DNA of 64,000 nt from NCBI GenBank assembly GCA_010015805.1, contig ML978134.1:1-64000 (forward strand), in the 5' to 3' direction. Source of the DNA: Rhizodiscina lignyota. Lineage: Eukaryota. Both the position numbers and the translations under genes were made by a program. This document shows, in pieces, positions 25,287 to 36,253 of the stretch. The notes beneath the pieces are model-generated. The model ran no database searches and was not told the DNA's origin. It was given only the letters and a program-made list of their open reading frames with translations. Each line of letters starts with the position of its first letter. Position 1 is the first letter of the stretch.

Positions 25287-27144
25287 TCAACTCTCGGGCG
25301 CTTCCAAGACCTCCTTCGGCTTGAGTAGATAGAAGGCGAGGTCTTCCTCCTTAGTCTCTCTGTCCTTGGTTTCCAAGAGCGTCCAGCCATTGCCAAGGAA
25401 GTCCCACTGGTTGTTTTCACGGTAAACATAGTCCCAGTCCTCGTAGCGCGGTTCCGATATCGTCTCAAAGTAGTGGAGACTCGAACCTGGCCAAATGCCG
25501 ATGACCTTTCCATCCGCTCTGCCGCCTTTGTACCATGACCGGCAATTATCTGTAAACACCATACGCTGTAGGAACTTCTGATGCCGCTCGTTGAGCTGCG
25601 AGACCACATCCGATTTGACATCGAATGCCTTGAGATTTTGACGCTGCATCTTGTCGACAAACCGAATCATGTACTCGCTCTGCTTCTCCATGACTGGAAT
25701 AAGAGTGCCGTTCGAGATGGGAGCATTGGGACCGAGGAACATGAAGTAGTTCGGAAAGCCTGGAATTGCCATTGCGAGATATGCCTCGACCGCGTTGGTG
25801 TCTGCCCAGAGGTCAAAAAGTGGTATGCCTTGTCGGCCGACAAGCTTGAACCGTGGTCGATATGTGGTGTTGAAGCCTGTCGCACAAACGATAGCATCAA
25901 CCTTGTGAAGTTTGCCATCGGCAGTTACGAGTCCTTCAGCTTCAATATGATCAATCTCGTCGCTAATAACTTCCACATTTTCCTTGACCAACGACTCCAG
26001 GAAATTTTGGCCTGGTGTGAGACGACGGCATCCGACTCCGAATTTGGGTGTCAATCTGGATGCAAGCTCCTCATTGCCACCAAGTCGATCTTTCATAATC
26101 TTTGCAAATACATGAATTGCTTCCTTCTGTTTCGGACTATCCTTAACGAATGTGTCGAATGTTCGATTCATATCCGACTCGATCCTCTTGCGATAGCGGA
26201 GGAATTCGTCTGGGTCTTCTCGAAATTTGCGCTTCTCAGCAGCTGTATAGTGGAAATTCTTCGGTCCCTCATTCTTGGGGTCAACGAAGCCCTGCGAGGG
26301 AGCAATCCATGTTGGAGATCGAATAAATGCTTTCATCTTGCCGACGATGGGCTGAAGCTCAGGGACAATCTGAATGGCCGAGGACCCAGATCCGATGACA
26401 GCTATGTTCTTACCCTCCCAATCAAAGTCTTTCCATCGAGCGGAATGGCACAGGTGGCCCTTGAAAGTAGTCAACCCGGTGATGGCGGGCCATTTCCAGT
26501 TGTTAAGCAGGCCGCCTGCATTGATGAGAACATTACAAGTGCGCTGGAAATATTGCGTCTCTTCGGGCTTTTCAGAATTGCTGACTTCAAATGCGAGCTC
26601 CCACAACCCGAGTTCTTCATTCCAAACTGCTGAGACGAGCTTGTGATGATACTGGACGTATTTCTCCACATCATGCTTCTTTGCAACAGCCTTGAGATAC
26701 GCATGTATTTCGAGTGAGCCAACATAATAGCGGGAGTAATCCGGATTTGGCTCGAATGTGTATGTATAAGCATGTGCTGGTACCTGCAATTGTTAGCTCG
26801 AGGCAATGCTGAGCCAAAGTGCACACACTCACATCGCAGGCGCACCCGGGATACCTGTGTTATGTCAGTCATCAAGAAATCTACCAGATTTCACAAGGTT
26901 CATGCCTGTTCTCGAGCCATGTGCCTCCTAAATCGCCATTCTTCTCGTAGATTGTAAAGTCGCAGTTCTCGAGAGTTTCTTGGACGCGAATTGCGGTTGC
27001 TATACCGGAGACACCAGCGCCAATACAGACAACACTGACGCGTGACCTAGAATTCAAGGGCCTCTCATGGACTTCTTCGCTAACAGGCCCCTTCTGTTGT
27101 CCGTTCTCGACTACCGAATCTATTCGTTCTCGTGACGGTGCCAT
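25287..27144 (-). CDS. Flavin-binding (Baeyer-Villiger-type) monooxygenase; 2 introns
   Basis: IGAGVSG FAD motif, GGTWLENRYPGCACDVP (after splicing), FKGHLCHSARW (FxGxxxHxxxW), IGSGSSAIQ, CATGF, CRSWYK. Confidence 0.92.
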
Positions 27145-28649
27145 GATTTGAGCGAGGGAAGGATGTTGTCCAAGAAGCGCACAAGATAGGGCGGCTGAAC
27201 ATTTCTATGAGAGACGACGGCGCAATTAATCAAGTGACTTGATCGGCAATTCTCGCCGCATACACAAGCATGTAGCTGAGCGGTACGCCGTTTGCCGTGG
27301 AGTAAAAGTGTACATCATGGCGGCGGCAACTCAGGGCTGCCATCTGCCGTGTGAGATCAAGCTCACGTCGGCCGTCGTGTCCTCGATGTTCAGCATTGCC
27401 CCACTCGTCCTGGCCACCGCGGCGATTGTGGGCCATCTCAAGGACCGAAAAGGCTTGGAATCTGCGAATGCGGGGATCGTAGATGTGGGGTGACTGGCTC
27501 ATGTTCCGGACGCGTTTCCATGACATGGGAGTGACCTGCCCAAGTTGTAGTTACGACCAATGGACCAGCTCGATATTTGGAAAAGTCGCGAGAGATATTC
27601 GACTTCAGTGTAACTCAGATCAGATTGTGTGCCTCCTTTATGTATCCCGAGACTTTCGGGCTAATTATGATGCCGGATTAACAACTCCCTCACGATGTTC
27701 TTAACTAGCCTGATTAGGTAGTAACGCTTTTCCTCATTCACCCCCATCTCGAAAGGTTGTCAATAATCATATCCGCCTTTCGTATAAACAACATGTATTG
27801 TGATAAAACATCACTTCTCTATCGTTCCAGCTATCAAACTTATCTGAGCACCTCCACGTCCTTCGCTCTCTCATGAGACGGAATGATTCTGTGGAAGATC
27901 ACATGCACACTAGCAAATCTCTGTCTAGTCGGTTGGCCAATATGTTCCTGCGCACCTTGGACTTGGGCTTCATCGTGTTTAGCGCGCCGTCTGTCCATTC
28001 TCAGATCATGTATCGCAGGTTCGTGGAGGATCATGGCAGGAAAGAGAAGTGAATAACTGAGCAAACCGTAAGTCGACCGTGTGTCACCTCAGTTGCAACC
28101 TTTCGTGTACACTTTCCTTCAAAATTGCTGGCTTTGAAACAGTATCAGGCGGTGAAGAAGTGAAGGTAAGCATGATCATCGTGATGAGCATATCGTATCT
28201 AGATATTCAGCTGTTATGAACATTCTGAACTCCGATATCTGGCTTCAGTACTTCCTCTCCATTCCAAGGCCCATCTTGTAGGTCGAACGAGTGTCGCAGA
28301 AAATTCTCGGAGTCGAAGGGTACCATCATTTGTGAAGAGGTAGCCCACAACACAGCGACTGTCTTTCGTTCAGGGAGGTGGCGCTTCTGTCCAGCAATCG
28401 GGACAGACTACGTTTAAGTCAGTAGTTGATCATATTGCAGTAGTACACGGGTCTGTAGGCTTGCGAGTTCATACAGAAAGTCGGCGTTGGTTTTGGTGGT
28501 GGTGGTGCAACCCCTATGTGGACTGCGACTGAATCAGCACTTGATCACATAGAGACACGATAGCTTTCAGAGCTGAAGAGCCACCTACACACGCTATGCG
28601 TTGGTTTTAGCAGCGGTGGCGGCGTGGGGTCTATTTTCGGAACGAACGC

Positions 28650-29141
28650 CTAATACTGTCCAGAGTAATCTCCAGTGCTCATGAATACGCCATGGGTGTC
28701 TGAGTACGTGTCCAGATACCATCCAGGCCCTACCAGTGCATTGGAGAGCTTGTACGGATATGCGCTGTTTCCAGAGTCCACGAGCGTCCAACGGAACTGA
28801 GGCAGACCATTCCAATTAGCTGAATACTCCGCGACAACATGGTTAATGGTAGTGTTGTATGCAAGGTCTATGCCGAGGAATTCAACGGCCGGGTTGAAGA
28901 ACAGGAACTGGTTATTATTGATGATGGTCACTCCAAACGCATAGTCGGTCCATTGTGCGGTGCGAAGTCCGTTAACGTGTGTGGTAGAGTCTTCAGCTGC
29001 CGGATCGGGTTGGAGGTTATAATTTGGACCTGTGTATGCATTTACCAGATAGTACAGTCTGTCAGGTGCGGGAGGACCACCAGTTGCTAAAATGAAGTGG
29101 AAGAAAAGAACGAACCAAACAGCTGTTGGATTTGGTGGCAT
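28650..29141 (-). CDS. Small secreted protein with ricin-B/beta-trefoil lectin-like repeats; probably truncated by a nonsense codon
   Basis: Hydrophobic N-terminal signal; repeated Y.L.NA..GP…L units (YYLVNAYTGPNYNL / YKLSNALVGPGWYLD) with Q-x-W-like motifs; ends SGQY*. Confidence 0.55.
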   Translation of the reverse strand: MPPNPTAVWFVLFFHFILATGGPPAPDRLYYLVNAYTGPNYNLQPDPAAEDSTTHVNGLRTAQWTDYAFGVTIINNNQFLFFNPAVEFLGIDLAYNTTINHVVAEYSANWNGLPQFRWTLVDSGNSAYPYKLSNALVGPGWYLDTYSDTHGVFMSTGDYSGQY

Positions 29142-29676
29142 GTTGGAGCTTAGCGACTAAGATGAGAAGCGTAGTAGCGGAGAACTATGGTGAAAAGCAA
29201 GTGAGTGATCGAGGGGATCAAAGTACGATACATATATAAGTTGTTCCTCGCTTCAAGACAAATTTTACTAACCCTAATTCTTTGCGTGGTTGTTGCACAA
29301 GAGCGGTCTCGACCCAGCCATTACAGAGCTGAACTGAGACGTTCCTCTGAATGCTGTCAATTCTGTCACATAGAACCTTTTGAATACCGGAGTTGCCGAT
29401 CACATCGCGAGTATTTGTGATAGCGCGCTACCCGTTTGAAGGCTAGATGAGATCGTGCGTTGTATCATAAATAATCACTGAGGAACGGCGAACGTGGCAC
29501 CTCTGCAGCATTTCGTGGTACGAACACGAGTTGTCCCACCATACAGCTCTTGATACCCTTACTTTGTCCTCCTGCTACGAAGACTGTTAGTGGCTGAAAT
29601 CAATAACGAGTTACACGGGCTCGATATGGAGCTCCGAGAGTTGCCCAGCCTCAATCGAGCAAGAACGAAGAAGGAA

Positions 29677-30423
29677 TTACGCCCTTTTCACAGCTGACTG
29701 TATAGTGTCCAAGTTCAGCTGCCCCTTTCTGCCCCAGCCTTTCTGTCCGGCGCTCACTGATGGCCGGAAGTCTTCGTAGAAACCGAATGCCTGCTTGTTG
29801 AGCTCTTCTTCATCGCCCTTCCAAGTCTCCAAAGACTCCTCGAAAGTTTTCTTGACTCGCTCATACGCATCCTCGCCAAACTTGGACTTCAATGCCCCAT
29901 CGTTTCCTGGCTTGCCCTTTTGTTCACTCCCAACGAGCGCGACTCCATCCTTTATGCGCAGCTTGAACTGCATCACCTCCATTATGTCGATATCTGTAGG
30001 CCGCTGCTCTTTCTTCTTGCGCTTGGCTTCCGTGTCCTTAGATTCTTCGATTGTACCGATCGACCGACCCTTTGCGATTGCGGTAATTGTAGATATCGCC
30101 GACCCTGCACTCAAACATGTAGACCAGGAGAGTTTGGGGTGGACGAAGTGGGCGACGCATGCTGCCCAGAGGTGAAGGACGGGAGCGCGATTGATGAGGA
30201 TGGCTTGCTCTCCTGTGGCATCGTCGCCTCCGGTTTTCTGTTTCTTTGAGCCTTTTGCATCCGCTTGACGGTCTTCGCTAGCTGGAGGAGCTTTGCGCTT
30301 CGTTGGTTTCTTTGCAGGTTTCGGTGTCTTCGATTGCTTTGCTGCTCCGAGGGGCTTCTTGCCGTCGTCGAAGTCCTCAATTTTTGCCTGCTCTTTAGGA
30401 GCCTTGCTTCGAGTAGTTACCAT
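29677..30423 (-). CDS. Conserved fungal hypothetical protein with Lys-rich N-terminus
   Basis: Intronless 248-aa ORF with INRAPVLHLWAACVA, AIAKGRSIG and FYEDFRPSV…GWGRKGQL blocks and coding-like codon use. Confidence 0.75.
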   Translation of the reverse strand: MVTTRSKAPKEQAKIEDFDDGKKPLGAAKQSKTPKPAKKPTKRKAPPASEDRQADAKGSKKQKTGGDDATGEQAILINRAPVLHLWAACVAHFVHPKLSWSTCLSAGSAISTITAIAKGRSIGTIEESKDTEAKRKKKEQRPTDIDIMEVMQFKLRIKDGVALVGSEQKGKPGNDGALKSKFGEDAYERVKKTFEESLETWKGDEEELNKQAFGFYEDFRPSVSAGQKGWGRKGQLNLDTIQSAVKRA

Positions 30424-31159
30424 GTTGACCTGTTGTTATGCTCAATGTAAGTTGCAATTAACGAGGTATGCAAAGGGAGACGAGAGAAAGTACGTTCCCC
30501 GCACTTCGCGTCTTCTTCCATTTGGACGCGTCGGTTGACGTCACGCTTACACAGCATGGCTTGATGGGAAGATCTCATCCCTCAAAATAGTTAAGATCTG
30601 ACATTCTCCATGCCAGTGTGAACGAGGCACGTTGTGATGCTGCTTTGGAGCGTAAAGAGACTTGTAAGAAACTGGCACCGTCGATGCCAAAAGGCCCTTT
30701 TCTCATGAGGCGAGCTAAGCGATGTGACAAGATGATCTCTCCAACCTTACGATAACTGAACGATATTATCAGAATGGATACCTTTCCTATACTATTTCGT
30801 CTTCAAAGAGCAGTATAGATCCACAGTAGATTTTGTTTTGGCTGTCTTTCATCAATTAACCAAGATTTGTTGAATACATACAATACAATGGCCCCCAGTC
30901 TGATCCTTCAGATGGCCACTTTCATCAGGGCTTACCGGCAAACATTCCAGACAAACGCGAAGTCACGTTAATTCGCGTCAATGATGTCAGCGGTATTTTT
31001 CGCCGATGATCATCATCGCGTCCTACGCGGCACCTGTTATATACCATAAGGAAGCAAGACTGTCCACCCCACTTTCAGTGCAATTTCAACCAAGTGAAAT
31101 GCTGGCCGAAAATCCAAGAGAAAGCAAGCTTTTGTCTCAAGAACTCATGGAGAGACGAA

Positions 31160-32021
31160 ATGCTGTCAGACAGTTCAATCGCTTCAAGTAGAGAGAGCTC
31201 GCTGACGAATTTCCAGACTAACCACAATGGCAATCGAAGAGTGCTACAGGAACTGTGTAACCATACCGACCCAGCTTTTGACTGGACAACTATCGGAGCC
31301 CGCATGGCCTACGATGAAGCGATACACATGTCATGCTCTAGCTTCCGGACGCTTGGGGAAGGTACAATAGATCTTGGAGACCGAGGTATTTTGAGTATCG
31401 ACGGACTCAGTAACCATCGCGTTCGAGAGCGAGTGTTCGAGTATATTGAGAAAAAGGCCGTAAAGTCTGAGAAGAAGTCCACTCGAGCAGCGATATCGCT
31501 GTGCCAGACAGTACCTTGTCCTTCCTCCGTAGCACACAGCATGCCCGTCCTAGTAACAAAGCCATCATTGTATAGCGATGCAACCACAGTATACCTTCCC
31601 CAACTAGAAAAGAATAGCATCCACTAACGTTTCTAAACAGAATCAACGACTATTAAGAAAATTGGGGGACAACGCTACGATTGGCGATTAGGAGCTCAAT
31701 AAACTTGCCAATGAGATCATATTTTGGCGAATGCTCTTGAAAGAAGGGAAGGCTCTGACTGAGAACAGGGATGGTGTTTTCGAGATTGATAGAATGTTGA
31801 GCACCGACGATATACGCACTGAGGATGTGAAAGCTGATATTGATGACTGGATTGAACTGAATGTTCTAATCAAGCAACGCGGAGCACTTCGAACAGCAGT
31901 CCTGGGATCATCGGCTCGGTTTTCTGGAAAAGGAACAAAGCGGAAAACTTCGAAGATTGACGAGTCAGGCTACGGTTTCCTTAATGGTCTCTATCAGCAG
32001 CCAAAAAGGCGGAGGTGTTGA
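31160..32021 (+). CDS. Hypothetical protein, possibly a pseudogene (in-frame TAG at 31689)
   Basis: ORFs 31094-31627 and 31731-32021 can be joined by an intron ending CTAAC…AACAG at 31640, but the joined frame contains TAG at 31689-31691. C-terminal PKRRRC is NLS-like. Confidence 0.4.
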
Positions 32022-32056
32022 AGATGTCATTGTGTATAATTCCTCCCGGAGTCAGA

Positions 32057-32477
32057 TTATTCAAGCCAGTCATCTACGAGCAGCGTATCCCACCCCTTCT
32101 CATCCTGCCGGTGCCAGCTCTTAACGTCAAAGACATTGTGCTTTCCGAGACTCCCGTCGAACAAGTGTGCACATCCTGTGAGCTCATCCGGCCAGTCGAG
32201 TTTCGATCCCATGTCTGCTGTTGAGACCTTTAATATCCACAGTTGTGGAGAATCCTTGAAAAACAAATTTGCGGTAATAGGAATCTTGAATTTAGTTACT
32301 ACGTTAATTAATGAGGCACGGTGAGATAATTCATACCTGCTTCGCATCACTTAAATGAATAAATCCATCTTTTTGATCGAGCTCCGAAAGCGGAAGTGTT
32401 TCAGGGATCGGAGTCGGTGGAGGCGCATCTGCAATTTTGTAGACGAAAGCCGGGTTGACATTGGGATTTGGGACCAT
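32057..32477 (-). CDS. DUF952 family protein; one intron
   Basis: FVYKI…LPLSELDQKDGFIHLSDAKQ | IPITANLFF…LWILKV…CAHLFDG motifs. Confidence 0.8.
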
Positions 32478-32639
32478 TTTCGTGGATTGGGACTTCAAAA
32501 TGAAAGACGGTATCAAGATTTTCCTCAGCAACGGAAGGTAGTGTAGGTTAAAATAGGGTTTGTCTTTGCTGACGGTGGTCGCTCCACCCAAACACACGTG
32601 TGATAAAATAGTTGAGCCCAATTAACTGAACGGCTGCAG

Positions 32640-32890
32640 TAAGAACGAGCTGTACTCTTTAACACGAACGAGAGTATCTCTTTCGATTATAGATACTAGC
32701 TAGTATTTATTTAAAATACACAGCTTGGGCATATATAATATATATAAACTAGCGAGGCTATATATCCTCGTAGTTCGACATATTGTAGCCACGACTCGAA
32801 TTTTTTGTTATCTACCTAGGTACCTGTTAAATCCCTGCCTCATGTCGTGATAGGGGGCACGCAGGTTTAACTATAGGGTTAGGGTTAATT
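32640..32890. repeat. AT/TpA-rich island with a short hairpin and TAGGGTTAGGGTT; possible degraded repeat relic
   Basis: Abrupt TA enrichment (TATATAATATATATAAA), imperfect inverted repeat AACTAGCGAGG…CCTCGTAGTT, and two telomere-type units at 32874-32886. Confidence 0.3.
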
Positions 32891-33059
32891 TCCCGAAGAA
32901 GTTGTTGCTGTCGGGTGATTATTTAACAACATTCTTGGCTGTATTTTTAACCCGTCCCATTCTTTCGTTTTTATCATGTTGGATTTTCTCTTCTCCCTGA
33001 CCATGTAGTTACGGTATTATCTTCAACATCTTTATTAAATTCCATCTCCTTCTCTACAC

Positions 33060-34501
33060 ATGGCGGAAAACCACCCGCCTGGTGGTAGCAGCGGCGCTGA
33101 AAATGCCGGTCTCGTATCTCATCTGGAAGTCGACGTTAGTGATAGCAGCTCCAGGTAATCGATCCTGATATCTAACGGCCGAAGCATCGCGATCTTGTCG
33201 ACTCTGGACTTGGCAGCGAGGTGACGTCGTAGGAAAACTTCTCCTTTTCAAATTGTGACAAAGGTTGATCAGTTCCTGAAAGGATAACTACCTCGATCGC
33301 GAGTTCCGCAATGGATTTTAGATTCGAGCACGGGAGGAGGTATCATGCATATGGAGACAATCGTAGGCACAGCTATGTCCCTCAATTTTGACTTTGCTGA
33401 TTTCTTTTAGAATACCACTTGCCGAATGATGAAGTACACATCCACCCGCTTTACTTGGCACGCATGCCATTGACTGATTATATAGCAAGAAATGGATCGA
33501 CTTGGTACGCCCGGCAGCTCCCATGTCCCAGTTCCTAAACCTGATAAACAACATAACTGCAACACCGTATATGGTCATTAGCTTTCGACCGTCGTCTCTA
33601 CCTCGCACCTCTCCCCTCAACGATGACCCAGGCTCTCGACGTTGGCTGCGGAACTGGAGGTGCGCTTTTCAATTTTCAGCGTTGCTCATCCGATCCCCTG
33701 ACAACTGGCAATAGCTTGGGCGATTGAATTCGCCGACGCGCATCCCCATACTCATATCACTGGCACCGACATTTCCCCCATCCAGCCCACCGCCGTGCCA
33801 CCCAACTGCACGTTCATGATCGACGATGCAACACGCGAGTGGGCGTTCGGACAACGTTTCGATTTTATCCACACGCGGGCTCTGACCATGGCCATCGGTG
33901 ACTGGGATCGGTTCGTCTCGCAAGCGTTCGACAATCTGCTTCCCGGCGGGTGGATAGAACTGCAGGAATTTCACTTGCCCCTGGGCTGCGACGATGAGAG
34001 TATGTCTGAAGGCACAGCACTGTGGAAGTGGGGCGTCGAGATCAGGCGCGCTTGCCAGAAGGTCGGCATTGAGTCGATGGCATCCGTAGAGCATCCAACG
34101 CGACTGAAGAAGGTGGGGTTTGAGAACGTGAATGAGCATGTGTTGAAGGCGCCGATAGGCCCGTGGGCGAAGGGGAAGAGAGAGAAGAGGCTGGGTGCAA
34201 TGGCGAGGAAGGATCTATCGGATGGCTTGGATGGCATTAGTACGAAGCTGTTCCATATTCTTGGATATAAGGAAGAAGAAGTCAAGGCGCTTTTGGATGC
34301 GGTTAAGGAGGAGCTGGATAATCCTGATGTTAGTTCTGAACCCTACTTCCAGTGCGTAGAACGCGTTGCTAAGCTTGAAATAGATCCATTCCTACATGCC
34401 ATTGTAAGTTTTGTTTTGTCTCGACGAGTGTGAAAGATTCAGTGCTAACTTCACACAGAGACATATGTTGGGGTCAGAAGCCCCTCGAGGCCGGAACTTG
34501 A
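33060..34501 (+). CDS. LaeA-like/TAM-domain SAM-dependent methyltransferase; many short exons
   Basis: F.HGRRYHAY, YHLPNDE, LDVGCGTG, GTDISPIQP…VPPNCTFMIDD, FDFIHTR, LLPGGWIELQE, PIGPWAK, terminal WGQKP. Confidence 0.87.
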
Positions 34502-34777
34502 TGGAATATCATATCATAAACTCTTGTGACATCGTCTTTCATAAGCTTTGATGTCGTCGCCACGTAGCGACATGGATTATGTCTGGTATCTCTAAGTGAT
34601 CATTTAAAAAAAGCGAACTCACTGCAATAGTCTTCTCCTTACCTGTCTTCATTTTTGGATGCAGCAATGCCAGTTGCTACCGGATATTCAACAGCAAAAA
34701 AGCCGTTTTGTACACCGTGATCATGCCAAGTCATGCGAGTCTGCTCTGCAAAGCCGCTTAAACATTCCACTTTTCCT

Positions 34778-35893
34778 TTACTTGCTCCTCTTGTAAATCT
34801 TGCGCAGGAATTCCTCGAAGACCTGCTTCTTCAGACCCTCACTCTCGTCCACCTGATCAATCAGCTTTCTCAATTCTGCAACCCTCTCCTCTTCGTATTT
34901 CTGATACACCGCCTTCAAGTCGAGCTCATCGAAGACAACCTTGACCTTCTTTTCGCATTCCGAATCTTTGCGACCATAGTTCTCTTCGAGCACTTTCCGC
35001 TGCTCTAGACTCGCTCGCTGCAACGCTTGGTTGATGAGCCAGCTGCACTTGTTGTCCTGTATATCTGTGCCAATCTTGCCAAGTGTCTCAGGATCGGCGA
35101 AATTGTCCAAGTAGTCGTCTTGAATTTGGAAATACTCTCCCATCGGAATCAGGATGTCCTTCGCTTGCTTCAGGTTCTTCTCCGTCGCAACATTGCAATA
35201 GTGCATCGCCAGCGCAACCGGTAGATAGAAGCTGTAGAACGCGGTCTTGAAGATCACAATGAACGTGTACTTCTCCATGCTGAAGTTGTCCAGATCGACA
35301 TGATCCTCCGGTGCAGTCAACAAGTCGCACGTCTGCCCAAGCTCTGTCTGGAAAGTTGTCTCGTGGAACAGCTCCAGTAAGTCAACATAGCTCTTGTGAC
35401 TTCTGAAGTATTTTTTCAGCAACACGTAGATGCTTCCTTCGAGCATAAATGCGTCGTTGATTGCGATCATCCCAACGTCGGGCATGAGATACCAGCAGGG
35501 ATTGCCTCGTCTGGTCTTCGATGCATCCATAATGTCATCGGAGACAAGGAAGAAGGCTTGGAGCAGCTCCACCATCCATCCCAGCGAAGCAGCGTGGAAG
35601 TATTCGTCTTGGGAGAGGGAGTGGCCGAGGAGGATGGAGGTTGTGTCTACGACGGACATGCCACGATTGCATTTTCCGCCCACAGTGTTGTGCTTTGCAT
35701 TCTATAGCTGTGGTATTAGTGAGGATAGTCCAATATGTGGTCTCGCGATTCAATGGCGAGAATTGGAAATTTCCCCTACCTTCTCGAACCACTCAAGAGC
35801 GTTGGTTGGCAGTCCATATTGCCTGCAATGGTCCAGTACATCATTAACCAAATTAGGAAACACCGTTTCAAACTCTTTGAGTGTCGTCGGCAT
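34778..35893 (-). CDS. ERG20: Farnesyl pyrophosphate synthase; one intron
   Basis: [22 protein letters not shown] (FARM), [19 protein letters not shown] (SARM), [13 protein letters not shown], terminal KIYKRSK. Confidence 0.96.
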
Positions 35894-36253
35894 CGTGAAA
35901 AGAATGGGAACGTTGTGAATGAGCTGATTGAGAGTGTATTTGTATTTGTTTGCGTTTCACCGTAGTGGCCGATGTTAGGAGATTCAATTGGTCCACCGGC
36001 GGTTTAACCCCCCGGAAAAAGGTCGGCCCGTACGATAATGGACGCGCCGCGACGCGACTCCGTCATCAAGGCCATGTTGTGTAAATAGCTGCATACTGCC
36101 ACACCACTTTACCTTGAGATGCACTTTTCATTGAGATCGTGACCGACCAAAATATAACAAACCGATAGCAAAATGATGCTTGAATCTCTGGAGTATTTTC
36201 CTGCAACACTCAGCAATTAAATTACCCTTTCTTAGGGCGCACAAGCCTCCACC

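Noticed and set aside
25581..26633. 350-aa plus-strand ORF and other long antisense ORFs (e.g. 41912-42577, 52729-53397, 7916-8533)
   Set aside because: They are shadows of well-supported genes on the opposite strand and have no recognisable motifs.
27700..28500. Short minus-strand ORFs between the BVMO and the lectin-like gene
   Set aside because: No coherent exon chain or motif that I can support.
28650..31691. TAG codon reassignment as an explanation for the in-frame TAG stops
   Set aside because: Conserved genes here (sid1, ACH1) terminate normally at TAG, and the relics also contain TAA stops.
19516..35893. Secondary-metabolite (terpenoid) cluster built from ERG20, methyltransferase, BVMO and hydrolase
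   Set aside because: No cyclase, PKS or NRPS in the window; ERG20 looks like the housekeeping copy next to CDC23; unrelated genes intervene.
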